Counted from the first letter of the stretch, positions 1 to 9,946 are shown. The stretch: DNA of 32,000 nucleotides from Stigmatella ashevillensis (GCF_028368975.1 NZ_JAQNDM010000002.1:2024007-2056006), one strand, 5' to 3'. Notes: generated by a model from the letters alone, not told the origin. Program-made: numbers and translations.

Positions 1-370
1 CTTTCGAGACCGTCAGCGTCGGTGGCCCCAGCAGCTCCGCGTCGAACGACAGCGACATCGTCCCGGGCTCCGAGGCGTCCGCGAAGCGCAGCGTCAGCGT
101 TCCTTCATAGTGAAATCGCCTCTCGGGCTGCTCCAGGGGCACGGTGCGAACCGTTCCGGGCTTGCCACTCCCGGACGCCTCCACCGTCTTTCCATCGGAG
201 CGCTTCAGGCTCACCTGGAAACCGGCGATGGGCTCCAGAATGTGCACCTTCAGCGCAGGTGTACTCTGTCCCACCACCGCCCGGCCCTCCAGGGAGACCC
301 GGATGGCCTCTCCCGCCACGGCGGGCACAGCGCTCAGCCCCAGGCAGAGGACGAAGAGACGAACAGTCAT
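1..370 (-). CDS. Secreted hypothetical protein, N-terminal ~123 codons; the 3' end runs off the window start
   Basis: Absent from the ORF track because it has no stop codon in the window. Reading the reverse complement from the ATG at 370..368 gives MTVRLFVLCLGLSAVPAVAGEAIRVSLEGRAVVGQSTPALKVHILEPIAGFQVSLKRSDGKTVEASGSGKPGTVRTVPLEQPERRFHYEGTLTLRFADASEPGTMSLSFDAELLGPPTLTVSK, open to position 2. The N-terminus looks like a signal peptide. No family recognised. Confidence 0.5.
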   Translation of the reverse strand, partial: MTVRLFVLCLGLSAVPAVAGEAIRVSLEGRAVVGQSTPALKVHILEPIAGFQVSLKRSDGKTVEASGSGKPGTVRTVPLEQPERRFHYEGTLTLRFADASEPGTMSLSFDAELLGPPTLTVSK

Positions 371-511
371 GGAGCGAGGCGACCTCAGCATGCCGGTGGC
401 TGGGAACAAAAGCGTCCGAAAGAGAAATTCCCAGAAGCAGACGGTAGGCCGACCCGCGCATTCAGGAAATGGGCCCCTCAAGGCACCCATCCGCCTGATG
501 GAGGACACCTG

Positions 512-1315
512 TCAGGGAATCCCCACCACGGTGATGCCGTTCGCCTCGGCCCGGGCCACCAAAGCCTGGGTCTCCAGCAGCACGGTCCTTCCCGCCTCCA
601 GCGCCAGCACCTTGGCCCCCACCTCCGCCATCACCTCCAGCGTCCGGGGGCCCGCCGCGGGGAGATCAAACCGCAGATCCTGCCCTGGCTTGCAGCGCTT
701 GACCACCACCGCTCCCTTGCCCCCCAGCTTCGCGCCCCGTCGAATCGTCTCGTCCGTGCCCTCGACCGCCTCCAGCGCCAGGACGTTCCCACCTCGGACC
801 ACCACCGTTTGTCCGACATCCGCCTGCCCCAGCAGCGTGGCCACTTCCACCCCCAGCGCCACGTCCTTCTCCTGCTCGGGGTGAAGCCGCGGCCCCGCGA
901 GGTGCCCCGCCGGGCACATCACCTGCGCCAGATAATCGGTGGGGGCGACGATGGTGATGCCGTGGGCCTCGAAGTGGTCCGCCACCGCCCGGAGCAGCGC
1001 ATCGTCCCGGAGGCTGCGCAGCCGCGAGAGGATGCGGACCGCGCCCATGTCCGGCCGCGCCTCCGTGAGCGCACGCACGCGGCCAATGCCGCCCGCCATG
1101 GCCGCCTGGGAGACCGACGCCTTCTGGAAGGTGCTGACGATGCGGCCCACCTGGCCCAGCCGAACCCAGGTGAAGGCAGCCACCTCGCCCTCCAACGCCG
1201 GATCCGTCTCGCCGCGGTGCGCCACCACGACGACGTCCATGCCCCGCGCCCGCGCCTCGCGGGCGAACAGGAAGGGCAACTGGCCATTGCCCGCGATGAG
1301 GCCGATCCGCTCCAC
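512..1315 (-). CDS. lpxI: UDP-2,3-diacylglucosamine hydrolase LpxI (DUF1009 family)
   Basis: 267 aa. N-terminus MERIGLIAGNGQLPFLFAREARARG and C-terminal KPGQDLRFDLPAAGPRTLEVM match my recollection of the LpxI/DUF1009 pattern. It sits 8 nt downstream of lpxA, the usual LpxI position. Confidence 0.8.
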   Translation of the reverse strand: MERIGLIAGNGQLPFLFAREARARGMDVVVVAHRGETDPALEGEVAAFTWVRLGQVGRIVSTFQKASVSQAAMAGGIGRVRALTEARPDMGAVRILSRLRSLRDDALLRAVADHFEAHGITIVAPTDYLAQVMCPAGHLAGPRLHPEQEKDVALGVEVATLLGQADVGQTVVVRGGNVLALEAVEGTDETIRRGAKLGGKGAVVVKRCKPGQDLRFDLPAAGPRTLEVMAEVGAKVLALEAGRTVLLETQALVARAEANGITVVGIP

Positions 1316-1323
1316 GTCCCGGA

Positions 1324-2100
1324 CTAGCGCGTCAGCCCGCGCTTGCTCTGGCGAATGAAGTCGATCAGGTGATCCACCTCGGGGTGGCCACCCAGCTCCG
1401 TCTTGAGCCGCTCCAGCGCTTCGGCCACACCCAGCTTGGAGCGGAAGACGACCTTGTACGCCTCCTTGACGCGGCCGATCTGCTCCGCGCTGAAGCCGTG
1501 CCGTTCCAGGCCCACGGTGTTCAGCCCGGCCAGCTCCGCCCGGTCTCCCTGCGCCACGCAGTACGGGGGCACATCCATCACCACCATGGAGCCGCCCGCG
1601 ACGAAGGCATGCGTGCCCACCCGCGTGAACTGATGCACCGCCGTCAGCCCCGAGAAGATGACGTGATCCTCGACCTGGACGTGCCCGGCGATCGCGGAGC
1701 CCTGCCCGAGGATGCAGCCGTTGCCCACCACGCAGTCGTGCGCCACGTGGCTGTTGCCCATGAAGAGGTTGCGGTTGCCAATGCGGGTGGCGCCCCCTCC
1801 TCCGGCCGTGCCGATGTGCAGCGTGGTGAACTCGCGGATCTGATTCTCGTCACCGAGGATGAGCTCGGTGTCCTCGCCCCCGTACTTCAAATCCTGGGGG
1901 GCGGCGCCCAGGGCAGCGAACTGGAACACACGGTTGCGCGCTCCGAGCGTCGTGCGGCCCTCGATGACGGCGTGAGGCCCCACGCGCGTTTCGGGACCAA
2001 TTCTCACCTTGGGTCCAATGACCGAGAATGCGCCAATCTCCACCGTCTCGTGGAGCTGCGCATCCGGGTGGACCACCGCCGTGGGGTGAACCTGAGCCAT
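1324..2100 (-). CDS. lpxA: Acyl-ACP--UDP-N-acetylglucosamine O-acyltransferase
   Basis: 258 aa. Begins MAQVHPTAVVHPDAQLHETVEIGAFSVIGPKVRIG, with left-handed beta-helix hexapeptide repeats and the C-terminal helical domain GLNTVGLERHGFSAEQI. Lies in the lpxD-fabZ-lpxA context. Confidence 0.95.
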   Translation of the reverse strand: MAQVHPTAVVHPDAQLHETVEIGAFSVIGPKVRIGPETRVGPHAVIEGRTTLGARNRVFQFAALGAAPQDLKYGGEDTELILGDENQIREFTTLHIGTAGGGGATRIGNRNLFMGNSHVAHDCVVGNGCILGQGSAIAGHVQVEDHVIFSGLTAVHQFTRVGTHAFVAGGSMVVMDVPPYCVAQGDRAELAGLNTVGLERHGFSAEQIGRVKEAYKVVFRSKLGVAEALERLKTELGGHPEVDHLIDFIRQSKRGLTR

Positions 2101-2127
2101 GCCTTCTCTCTCCTTCCGGCCCGCCAG

Positions 2128-2592
2128 CTAGGGCGCCGGCTCCGCAGCGGTCCGCGCATCCTTGTCCACGACCGTGGCCAGGAACTCGCCTTCCGCTACT
2201 TTCACGCCGTCCACCATGGCCGTCCCTTTCGTCTTCCAGACGGAGCCCTTGTGGCGCAGCACCTCAATGCCCAGTTCCAACCGATCCCCGGGAAGCACCG
2301 GCTTGCGGAACTTCGCGTTGTCTACCCCCATCAGGTAGGCAACCTTGTTCTCCGGGTTCATGCTCTCGCTCTTGTACGCCAGGATGGCCGTGGCTTGCGC
2401 CAACGCCTCCAGGATGAGCACCCCGGGCATCACCGGGTGTCCCGGGAAATGTCCGTTGAAGAAGGGCTCGTTGATGGTGACGTTCTTGTAGGCCGTGAGC
2501 TTCTGGCCCTCGACGAACTCCACCACCCGGTCTACCAGCAGAAACGGGTAGCGATGGGGCAGCAACCTCTGGATCTCTCCAATGTCCATCAT
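2128..2592 (-). CDS. fabZ: 3-hydroxyacyl-ACP dehydratase FabZ
   Basis: 154 aa. [13 protein letters not shown] and [26 protein letters not shown] are hallmark FabZ hot-dog motifs. The start overlaps the lpxD stop as ATGA (2589-2592). Confidence 0.95.
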   Translation of the reverse strand: MMDIGEIQRLLPHRYPFLLVDRVVEFVEGQKLTAYKNVTINEPFFNGHFPGHPVMPGVLILEALAQATAILAYKSESMNPENKVAYLMGVDNAKFRKPVLPGDRLELGIEVLRHKGSVWKTKGTAMVDGVKVAEGEFLATVVDKDARTAAEPAP

Positions 2593-3653
2593 CCGCCCTT
2601 CTCTTTCTCGAGCATTTCCACCCTGCGCCGCAGGGCACGTACTTCTTTGAGCAGGTCCCCCAGCTGGCCCGCAGCCGCCGAGGCACGCAGCCAGTCCCGA
2701 TGGGGAATCGCTGGGGAACCCGAGACGACCTGGCCATCTTCGACATCATGCGCCACACCGGATTGGGCGCCCACCTTCGCCAGATCTCCCACGCGAATGT
2801 GGCCCACCACCCCGACCTGTCCCGCCAGCACCACGCCCGTGCCCACCTCGGCCGAGCCCGACACGCCCGCCTGCGCGCAGATGAGCGTCAACGGACCGAT
2901 CTTCACGTTGTGAGCCAGCTGCACCAGGTTGTCGAGCTTCGTCCCACGCCCGACCACCGTCTCACCGATGGTGGCTCTGTCGATGCACGTGCACGCCCCC
3001 ACCTCCACGTCGTCCTCGATGCGGACGATGCCGGTCTGGGGGATCTTGAAGTGTTGCGGCCCGTCGTCGCCCTCGGCGTCGAAGGCGAAGCCGAACCCGT
3101 CCGCGCCCACCACACACGAGGCGTGGAGGATGACGCGCGAGCCCACCTGGCACCGCTCGCGCACGGTGACGTTGGGGTAGAGCAGGCAGTCCTCGCCAAT
3201 GCTCGCCCCCTCGCCCACGTAGGCGCCCGCGTAGAGCACGGTGCGCGCGCCCACCGAAGCACCCTTCTCCACCGTGGCACCGGCCATCACCGTGGCCTCG
3301 GCATGCACCCGCGCCTCGGGGTGCACGTGCGCCCCGGGCCGGACTCCCGCCGTGGGGCGCTCCCAGACCTCGAAGAGCTTCAACAGCCGGGCAAAGGCCA
3401 GGTGCGGATTGGAGACGCGAATGAGGGCCATGCCCTCGCGCGCGGGCACGTCCCGGCCGACCAGCACGGCCGAGGCCCGGGTCGCCTCGTACTGCCGGCG
3501 GTACCGGGTGTTGCCATAAAAGGACACGTCCCCCGGGCCCGCCTCGGCGAGCCCGTTGAGTCCCTGGATCAGCAAGCCGGCATCGCCGAGGAGCTCACCC
3601 CCCACATGGGTGGCAAGCTCTCCGAGCCGACGAGGTGTGGTGGCGTGGCTCAC
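2589..3653 (-). CDS. lpxD: UDP-3-O-(3-hydroxyacyl)glucosamine N-acyltransferase
   Basis: 354 aa. LpxD-like N-terminal domain ([15 protein letters not shown]), a long hexapeptide-repeat beta-helix and a C-terminal coiled tail. Conserved skp-lpxD-fabZ-lpxA order. Confidence 0.95.
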   Translation of the reverse strand: MSHATTPRRLGELATHVGGELLGDAGLLIQGLNGLAEAGPGDVSFYGNTRYRRQYEATRASAVLVGRDVPAREGMALIRVSNPHLAFARLLKLFEVWERPTAGVRPGAHVHPEARVHAEATVMAGATVEKGASVGARTVLYAGAYVGEGASIGEDCLLYPNVTVRERCQVGSRVILHASCVVGADGFGFAFDAEGDDGPQHFKIPQTGIVRIEDDVEVGACTCIDRATIGETVVGRGTKLDNLVQLAHNVKIGPLTLICAQAGVSGSAEVGTGVVLAGQVGVVGHIRVGDLAKVGAQSGVAHDVEDGQVVSGSPAIPHRDWLRASAAAGQLGDLLKEVRALRRRVEMLEKEKGG

Positions 3654-3664
3654 GGGTGTGCGCG

Positions 3665-4249
3665 TTACTTCTTCGGAGCGTCCTTGGCCACCGGAGCCGT
3701 GGGCGCCGGCGCCTTGGGTGCCGCCGCCTTCGGGAGGGTGTTGTAGGAGCGGATGACCTCGTTGGAGAGATCATACTGGGTCTGCGCGTAGACCAGGCCC
3801 GAGTCGCGCCGCTCGAACACGAACGAGAGGCCATCCCGCTCCGCGATCTTCGCGATGACGCCGTCAATGCGCGAGACGATGGGCTCCATCTCCTGGCGCT
3901 CTTTGTTGGCGGCCTCGGCGCGGTAGCGATCCCACTTCTGGGCCAGCTCGAGGATGCGCTTCTGGAGGTCCGTGGCCTTCTGGACGCGCGTCTCCTCGCT
4001 CATCGCGCTGGCCTGCTTGTCCAGCAGCTCCTTCTCCTTGCGCAGCGACTCCTGCTCCTTGTCGATCTCCTTCTGGCGATCGTCGAGCCACTTCTGAAGG
4101 CGCGTCTTGGCGGCCTTCCCGTCTTCCACCTCCAAGAGAACGCGCTGGTAGTCCACATAGCCCATCTTCAGGCTCTGGGCGGTGGCGGCGAGCGGGAGGG
4201 CAAGCGTCAGGGCGGCGGCAGTGGCCGCCAGGGTGCTTCGAAGCGACAT
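3665..4249 (-). CDS. skp: Periplasmic chaperone Skp/OmpH family
   Basis: I prefer the start at the ATG at 4249..4247, giving [26 protein letters not shown] (signal peptide). The track ORF extends to 4318. [13 protein letters not shown] followed by long charged coiled-coil sequence is typical of OmpH. It lies directly downstream of bamA. It has an Ala/Pro/Lys-rich C-terminal tail. Confidence 0.85.
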   Translation of the reverse strand: MSLRSTLAATAAALTLALPLAATAQSLKMGYVDYQRVLLEVEDGKAAKTRLQKWLDDRQKEIDKEQESLRKEKELLDKQASAMSEETRVQKATDLQKRILELAQKWDRYRAEAANKERQEMEPIVSRIDGVIAKIAERDGLSFVFERRDSGLVYAQTQYDLSNEVIRSYNTLPKAAAPKAPAPTAPVAKDAPKK

Positions 4250-4364
4250 GTTCAACGGCTCCTCAGGACTCAACAGGGATGTTGCTGGCTCCGACGTCCA
4301 CTCAGAGCAATTCTTCAAGCCGGGCAGAGACTCCCGGAGCGCCGGACGAACGCCTTATCAGAAA

Positions 4365-6767
4365 TCAGAAGAAGTTGCCGATGGTGAACTCGAACAGGAG
4401 GGGCTCGTCTTCCGGACGCCGGGTCAGGGGGATGCCCCACTCGAAGCGGAGGGGGCCGATGGGGGAGAACCACCGGAAACCGAAGCCCGCAGAGTGGAAC
4501 ATGCCCAAGGGCAGGTCGTTCTGCAGGTCCTGGAACAAGCGCTCGTTGGCCGAGTAGGCGTTGCCGGCGTCATAGAAGAGCACCCCGCGGATGCCCGCCT
4601 TCTCGAAGATGGGGAATTCCAGCTCCAGGTTGAGGATGAGCTGCTTGTTTCCTCCGGAGCGGAACTCGACGACGGTGGCATCGGGCGAATCCGAGCGCGG
4701 AACCAGCAAGGTGGGACTGATGCTGCGCAGGTAATAGCCCCGGATCGTGTTGATGCCGCCCAGGTAATAGAGCTCGGAGATCGGCAACGGGCTGTTGGCG
4801 TCCAGCTGCTGGATGTAGCCCACCGTAGCGTTGGTCTTGAAGACGAACCCCAACGGCAGCGGGAAGTAGAGGCGCGAGTAGGCCGAATAGCGCGTGAAGA
4901 GGAAGGTGCCCCCCAGCAGCTTGGGGGCGAACTCCACCGAGCCGTAGTGGATGAAGCCCCGAGAGGGGAAGAGGCGGTTGTCGCGCCGGTCGAAGGACAG
5001 CGACAGGCGCGCGGCGCTGGTGACGCCGCTCAGGAACTGGTTGGCCAGCAGCACCGAGCCCAGGTTCTGGCCCGCCTCCACGTCCACGTACTCCCGCGTG
5101 TAGCCCACGGTGCCCAGCAGGTCGTCGACGAACTGGTAGCCCAACGAGAGGCTGCCGCCGGTGGAGCGCCGGATGAAGCCGTCATAGTCCGCGTCCACGC
5201 GGAAGAAGTCCGCCGACAGCAGGTACTGGGTGTCCAGGAAGTAGGGATCGTAGAACGACAACTGGATGAGCGAGCGCAGTCCGGAGATCTGCGCCGAGGC
5301 GGACACGGTCTGCCCCCACCCCAGGAAGTTGTTCTGGGACACCTGCGCCGTGAAGATGAAGTTCTCCACGTTGGAGAAGCCCAGGCCCACCTGGAAGGTG
5401 CCCGTGGCCTTCTCCTTGACCTCGACCTGGAGGACGATCTTGTCATCCGCGCTGCCCGGCTTCTGGGTGACGTCCACCGTCTCGAAGAAGCCCAGCGCCG
5501 TGGCGCGCTCGCGGCTGCGGCGCACGCCCGTGCCGTTGTACAGCTCGCCCTCGTAGACGCGCAGCTCGCGGCGGATGACCTTGTCGCGCGTCTTCGTGTT
5601 GCCGACGATGTCGATGCGCTCGATGGTGACCTGCGGCCCCTTCTGGACATCGAAGGTCAGGTCCACCGTCTTGTCGTCCGCGTTCACCGAGGTGACGGGG
5701 TTGATGTTCGCGTAGGCGTAGCCCTGGTCGTAATAGACGTCCGTGATGGACTGGATGTCCTGCGACAGCTTGGAGCGATTGAAGCGTTCGCCCTTCGTGG
5801 AGGTCATCAGCTTCGCCAGCCGCTCCTTGGGCACGATGAGGTCGCCCCCGAAGTCGATCTGGCCAATGTCGTAGGCCTCGCCCTCCACCACCTTGAGGGT
5901 GATGAAGATGGAGCGCTTGTCCGCCGACAGCGCCGTGGTGGGCTTGTCGATCCGGACGTTGATGTAACCCCGGTCGTAGTAGGTGGCCTGGATGACGGCC
6001 AGATCCCGCTGGAACGCCTCCTCGCGGTAGGTGCCCTCTCCGGTCAGGAAGGAGAAGTACCCTCCCTCACGGGTCACCATCACCGCCTTGAGCTCGTCCG
6101 GGCGTATCTTCTCCGCCCCGATGAAGGAGATCTCCTTCACCATCACCTTCGAGTTCTCCTCGACCACCAGCACCACGTCGACGCTCGCGCCGCCCTCGAC
6201 GGGCTCGATGCGGTGCTTCACTTCCACCAGGAAGTAGCCCTTCTCGACGTACTTCTCCTGAATCTTCTTCTGCGAGGAGCGCACGGTGTCCACGTCCAGG
6301 ATGGTGCCCGTCCGGACGTCGATCTGCTCCTTGAGGTCGTCCTGGCTCAGCTCGTCGTTGCCCACCACCCGCACCGCGCGCACCGTGGGGCGCTCCGCCA
6401 CCCGGACCACGTAGGCAATGCCGTTGGGCAGCCGCTGCACGAGCAGCTGAACATCCGTAAAGTAGCCCAGCGCCCAGACCGCCCGGAGATCCTCGGACGT
6501 GCGGATGGGATCGAACGGGGCGCCCTGCTTGGTGCGGAGCGCGCGGCGGATGGCCTCGGTCTCGACGCGGCGGTTGCCCTCGACGCGCAACTCGACGACG
6601 CGCTCTCCCTCTTCGCCTTCATCGACGGGAGCATCAGCGGGAGGAGTGGCAGAGACCGCGGCCGGGGGCGCCTCCGCCTGCGCCAGGGCACGGCAAGGGA
6701 CGAGCGCCCACAGGGTCACCGCGAGCAGCGTCAGGAAAGGCTTGAGCGACAGAACGGGAGACCTCAA
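4365..6767 (-). CDS. bamA: Outer membrane protein assembly factor BamA
   Basis: The track ORF 4365..7721 is over-extended across lolD. The BamA-like sequence starts at (L)RSPVLSLKPFLTLLAVTLWALVPCRALAQAE, so I propose the TTG at 6767..6765. It has POTRA-like repeats (VVELRVEGNRRVETEAIR, ISFIGAEKIRPDELK, IDFGGDLIVPKERL, IDIVGNTKTRDKVIRREL) and a C-terminal barrel ending FEFTIGNFF. Confidence 0.9.
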   Translation of the reverse strand: MRSPVLSLKPFLTLLAVTLWALVPCRALAQAEAPPAAVSATPPADAPVDEGEEGERVVELRVEGNRRVETEAIRRALRTKQGAPFDPIRTSEDLRAVWALGYFTDVQLLVQRLPNGIAYVVRVAERPTVRAVRVVGNDELSQDDLKEQIDVRTGTILDVDTVRSSQKKIQEKYVEKGYFLVEVKHRIEPVEGGASVDVVLVVEENSKVMVKEISFIGAEKIRPDELKAVMVTREGGYFSFLTGEGTYREEAFQRDLAVIQATYYDRGYINVRIDKPTTALSADKRSIFITLKVVEGEAYDIGQIDFGGDLIVPKERLAKLMTSTKGERFNRSKLSQDIQSITDVYYDQGYAYANINPVTSVNADDKTVDLTFDVQKGPQVTIERIDIVGNTKTRDKVIRRELRVYEGELYNGTGVRRSRERATALGFFETVDVTQKPGSADDKIVLQVEVKEKATGTFQVGLGFSNVENFIFTAQVSQNNFLGWGQTVSASAQISGLRSLIQLSFYDPYFLDTQYLLSADFFRVDADYDGFIRRSTGGSLSLGYQFVDDLLGTVGYTREYVDVEAGQNLGSVLLANQFLSGVTSAARLSLSFDRRDNRLFPSRGFIHYGSVEFAPKLLGGTFLFTRYSAYSRLYFPLPLGFVFKTNATVGYIQQLDANSPLPISELYYLGGINTIRGYYLRSISPTLLVPRSDSPDATVVEFRSGGNKQLILNLELEFPIFEKAGIRGVLFYDAGNAYSANERLFQDLQNDLPLGMFHSAGFGFRWFSPIGPLRFEWGIPLTRRPEDEPLLFEFTIGNFF

Positions 6768-6847
6768 GGGAGCAGTCGGCCTGTAAGGGGCGGGGCAATC
6801 TAAGGGATAGGTTCGCCGTCCCTCAATCCAAAAGCGCGGCCCCCTCC

Positions 6848-7522
6848 TCACGCGTCCGTCACCTGGCCGCCTGCAAGGCGCAATCGCCGTGGCATCGAGC
6901 GGGCCAGTGCCTCGTTGTGGGTCACCACCACGGCGGTGATTCCCAGATCCCGGTTCACATCCCGGAGAAGCTGGTGGATGCCCTCGCCCGTGGCCGGGTC
7001 CAGGTTTCCGGTCGGCTCGTCGGCCAGCAAGATGGCAGGCTGGAGCACCAGGGCGCGGGCCAGGGCCACCCGCTGCGCCTCCCCCCCCGACAGCTCCCCG
7101 GGGCGATGGTCCACACGGCCGCCCAACCCCACCCGTTCCAGCAGCTTCCGGGCTTCCGCGTATGTCTGGCCTCGATCGCGGCGCTGGATGAGGGCGGGCA
7201 TGGCCACGTTCTCCAGCGCGGTGAACTCCGGCAGCAGGTAGTGGCTCTGGAAGACGAAGCCGATGGTGCGGTTGCGGAAGTCGGCGATCCGCGCGTCGTT
7301 CATCGCGAAGACGGACTGCCCTTCGAAGAGCACCTCGCCCGCGGCCGGCGCATCCAGGGTGCCCAGCACGTGCAGGAAGGTGCTCTTGCCCGCGCCCGAG
7401 GGGCCCACCAGGCTCACCAGCTCGCCGCGGCCGATGTCCAGCGACACGTCGCGCAGCACGTCGATGCGCTTGCCGTGCAGGAAATAGCTCTTGAAGACGT
7501 TGCGGATGGAGAGAAACGACAT
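6848..7522 (-). CDS. lolD: Lipoprotein-releasing system ATP-binding protein LolD
   Basis: 224 aa. Walker A GPSGAGKST, signature LSGGEAQR and Walker B LLADEPTGNLD. The segment FVFQSHYLLPEFTALENVAMPALI closely resembles the LolD-specific motif region. Located 3 nt downstream of the permease gene. Confidence 0.85.
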   Translation of the reverse strand: MSFLSIRNVFKSYFLHGKRIDVLRDVSLDIGRGELVSLVGPSGAGKSTFLHVLGTLDAPAAGEVLFEGQSVFAMNDARIADFRNRTIGFVFQSHYLLPEFTALENVAMPALIQRRDRGQTYAEARKLLERVGLGGRVDHRPGELSGGEAQRVALARALVLQPAILLADEPTGNLDPATGEGIHQLLRDVNRDLGITAVVVTHNEALARSMPRRLRLAGGQVTDA

Positions 7523-7525
7523 CGC

Positions 7526-9946
7526 CTATTCCGCCTTGAGGCCTTCCACCGGTTCCACGCTGCTGGCCTTGAGCGCGGGGTAGATGGACGCCAGATACGT
7601 GACGAGGACCGCGATGACCACGGACAAGAGGGTCTGCACCGGCTCGATGCGCACCGGGAGTGCGGGGATGTAATAGACCTCGGGGTCCAGCTTGATGCCG
7701 ACCTTCTCGATGAAGAAGCACCAGGCCAGCCCGGACAAGAGCCCCAGAAGCCCCCCGGCCACGCCGATCTGCAACCCCTCCGAGAGGAAGATCTTCACGA
7801 TGCCCCCATCCGAGACGCCCAGGGCCTTGAGGACGGAGATCTCCTTGCGCTTCTCGAGCACCAACATGATGACGGTGGCGACGATGAGGCCCGCAGCCAC
7901 GATGATGATGATGGAGAGGATGATGCCCATCACCAGCTTCTCCAGGCGCAGCGCGGAGAAGAGGTTGCGGTTCGTCTCGCTCCAGTCGCGTGCCCGGTAG
8001 GGGTAGCCCCCCAGCTTGCGGACCACATCCGCGGCGAGGCGGCGCGCATTGTCGATGTCCGCCACCTTGAGATCGATGCCGTTGGCCCCCTTCACCTCGA
8101 AGAACCGCTGGGCCTCCTCCAGGAGGATGTAGACGAACTTGGCGTCATACTCGTACATGCCCGAGTAGAAGATGCCCGCCACGCGGAAGACCCGGTTCTT
8201 CGGGATGGGCCCCGAAGGCCCCATCTCCGTCCCCAGCGGCGAGACGATGTTCACCCGGTCGCCCACCACGGCACGCAGCGAGGCGGCCAGCTCCCGGCCC
8301 AGGATGATTCCCGGCAGAACCGCCTCTTGAGCCGACTTCTTCGGTCGGCCGATGATGGGATCCTCCTCTTCCTCTGGCTCGGGCGTGCTTCCCGCAGGCC
8401 GGTCATCCAGCAGGGGCGAGTCCGCGCCCCCTCCGCCCTGGAGCCTCCGGGGGAGGATCTTCTCGGGGGATGTCAGGTTCTCCAGCGAGCCCCCGGGCAA
8501 CATGTACTGCGGCAAGTCCGTCACTGACCCGACCGTGGCCGGGTCGATTCCCTTGATGACCACGCCATCCACGTTGCCATCCGAGACGATCATCACCTGG
8601 TTGGTGATGAAGGGAGACTGGCCAATGACTCCCGGAACCTGGGCCACCTGCTCCATCAGCTTCGGGTACTCGGTCATGTCCCCCGCGTACTTGGACACCA
8701 CCGCATGCGAGTGGGTGCCCAGGATCTTCTTCTGTAGATCCAGCTCGAAGCCGCTCATGACCGACAGCACGATGATGAGCGCCATCACCCCCACACCGAC
8801 GCCCCCCACCGACAGGGCCGTCATCATCATGGTGGGCGACTGCTCCCGCAGCTTGAGCTGGTTGAGCGCTGCGGCGGCCTGGAGTGGATCGGCCAACCCC
8901 AGGGCGCGGATGCGGGTGCGCTCCACCGCGGCCTCCACCGCCCGGACGATGCCGTAGACCAGCAGCGGAGGGATGATGCCGAACATGAGCACCGCCAGCG
9001 TGCCCAGCAGCAGCGACGGGCGGAACACCGCCACGTGGCGCCGCGCGACGAACAGCTCGAACCCCAGCCGCAAGTCCACCCGGCCGCTGCCCGCAGCGAT
9101 GAAGCCCGAGTTGATGCCCAGCACCAGCATCAGCACCAGCAGCACGAAGACCAGCCAGTAGCTCAGCTCCGGCCGACCGATGAGGCCCGCCACATACGTC
9201 ACCTCGCGCAGCCGGTAGCCCAGCGACAGTTGCAGCGCGGGCACCCGCTCCATCAACGTCAGCAGGATGGGAACGGGCAAGCCCAGGTAGACGACACCGA
9301 TGGTGGCCTCGGGCATGGACAGCCGACGGGCCCGCGCCGAGCCGATGGCCCCCGAGATGAAGGCCACCCCACATGCCACCAGCAGCGAAATGGCGAACGC
9401 CCAGGGGGGTGCCAGCTGAAAGCCCGAGGCTCCCGCCGCGTCCCCGCCCGTCTCCGCGAGCTGCCCGCCGCTGGACAACCACGTTTGCAGCAGGATGAGC
9501 ACCAGCTCGGCCAGGAGCACCCCGCCCCCGTAGGCCCCCAAGGTGCTCCAGTAGAAGTCTCGATAGCCCGCGAGCCGCGGGTACAGCGTCGCCCCGGCAG
9601 CGGAGCTGGGCCCTTCCGTCGCGGCGGGCGCCCGGCGAATGCCCGCCGCCAAAAGCCCCCATCCGCCCACCCAGGCAAGCATTCCCGCCACGAGGAATTG
9701 CGTGCCCGCCAGGGGCGGCAGCGCCTCCTTCACGACAGACTGGGCCGAGAAGAGCGACGCCGCGTTGAGCATCTGCAGGAGGCTGCCCCAGCCGAGGAAG
9801 GACAGCCCCAGGAAGCTGGAGACCTCCCCCCACGCGTCCGAGCGGGACACCGCCACCGCGAGCAGCACCGCCCCCACGAAGGCGACGAGCGCGCCTCCCC
9901 AGACGAAACCCCAGCGATAGACGGTCTGCCGTTCAGCGCTTTGCAC
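7526..9946 (-). CDS. LolC/E-family (MacB-PCD/FtsX) lipoprotein-release permease with a ~290-aa N-terminal polytopic membrane extension
   Basis: 806 aa. From about aa 295 (GFELFVARRH) to the C-terminus (FtsX-like TM bundle, ending YPALKASSVEPVEGLKAE) it looks like LolC/E. Aa 1-290 form several hydrophobic helices. The start lies 12 nt after the lysS stop, leaving no room for a separate upstream gene. Confidence 0.8.
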   Translation of the reverse strand: MQSAERQTVYRWGFVWGGALVAFVGAVLLAVAVSRSDAWGEVSSFLGLSFLGWGSLLQMLNAASLFSAQSVVKEALPPLAGTQFLVAGMLAWVGGWGLLAAGIRRAPAATEGPSSAAGATLYPRLAGYRDFYWSTLGAYGGGVLLAELVLILLQTWLSSGGQLAETGGDAAGASGFQLAPPWAFAISLLVACGVAFISGAIGSARARRLSMPEATIGVVYLGLPVPILLTLMERVPALQLSLGYRLREVTYVAGLIGRPELSYWLVFVLLVLMLVLGINSGFIAAGSGRVDLRLGFELFVARRHVAVFRPSLLLGTLAVLMFGIIPPLLVYGIVRAVEAAVERTRIRALGLADPLQAAAALNQLKLREQSPTMMMTALSVGGVGVGVMALIIVLSVMSGFELDLQKKILGTHSHAVVSKYAGDMTEYPKLMEQVAQVPGVIGQSPFITNQVMIVSDGNVDGVVIKGIDPATVGSVTDLPQYMLPGGSLENLTSPEKILPRRLQGGGGADSPLLDDRPAGSTPEPEEEEDPIIGRPKKSAQEAVLPGIILGRELAASLRAVVGDRVNIVSPLGTEMGPSGPIPKNRVFRVAGIFYSGMYEYDAKFVYILLEEAQRFFEVKGANGIDLKVADIDNARRLAADVVRKLGGYPYRARDWSETNRNLFSALRLEKLVMGIILSIIIIVAAGLIVATVIMLVLEKRKEISVLKALGVSDGGIVKIFLSEGLQIGVAGGLLGLLSGLAWCFFIEKVGIKLDPEVYYIPALPVRIEPVQTLLSVVIAVLVTYLASIYPALKASSVEPVEGLKAE

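Noticed and set aside
400-434. The inverted repeat CTGGGAA-N21-TTCCCAG in the lpxI-downstream spacer.
   Set aside because: A 7-bp stem with a 21-nt AT-rich loop is a weak hairpin. It could be a dimeric regulator site, but there is no second copy or supporting context in the window.
4182-6803. An 873-aa plus-strand ORF opposite bamA. Similar giants occur at 9035-11572 (845 aa, opposite lysS), 15918-18791 (957 aa, opposite pgpH), 26096-28795 (899 aa, opposite leuS), 6917-8527 and 1369-2913.
   Set aside because: These are shadow ORFs typical of very GC-rich DNA, where stop codons are rare on the antisense strand. Their translations are Arg/Ala/Gly/His/Pro/Leu-rich low-complexity strings with no recognisable motifs. 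The opposite strand in each case encodes an unmistakable conserved protein.
6768-7721. The N-terminal 318 aa of the 1118-aa track ORF (4365-7721), which would extend BamA across lolD.
   Set aside because: The extension is Arg/Pro/Gly-rich nonsense that overlaps the well-supported lolD in another frame. BamA-like sequence, including its signal peptide, begins only near 6767.
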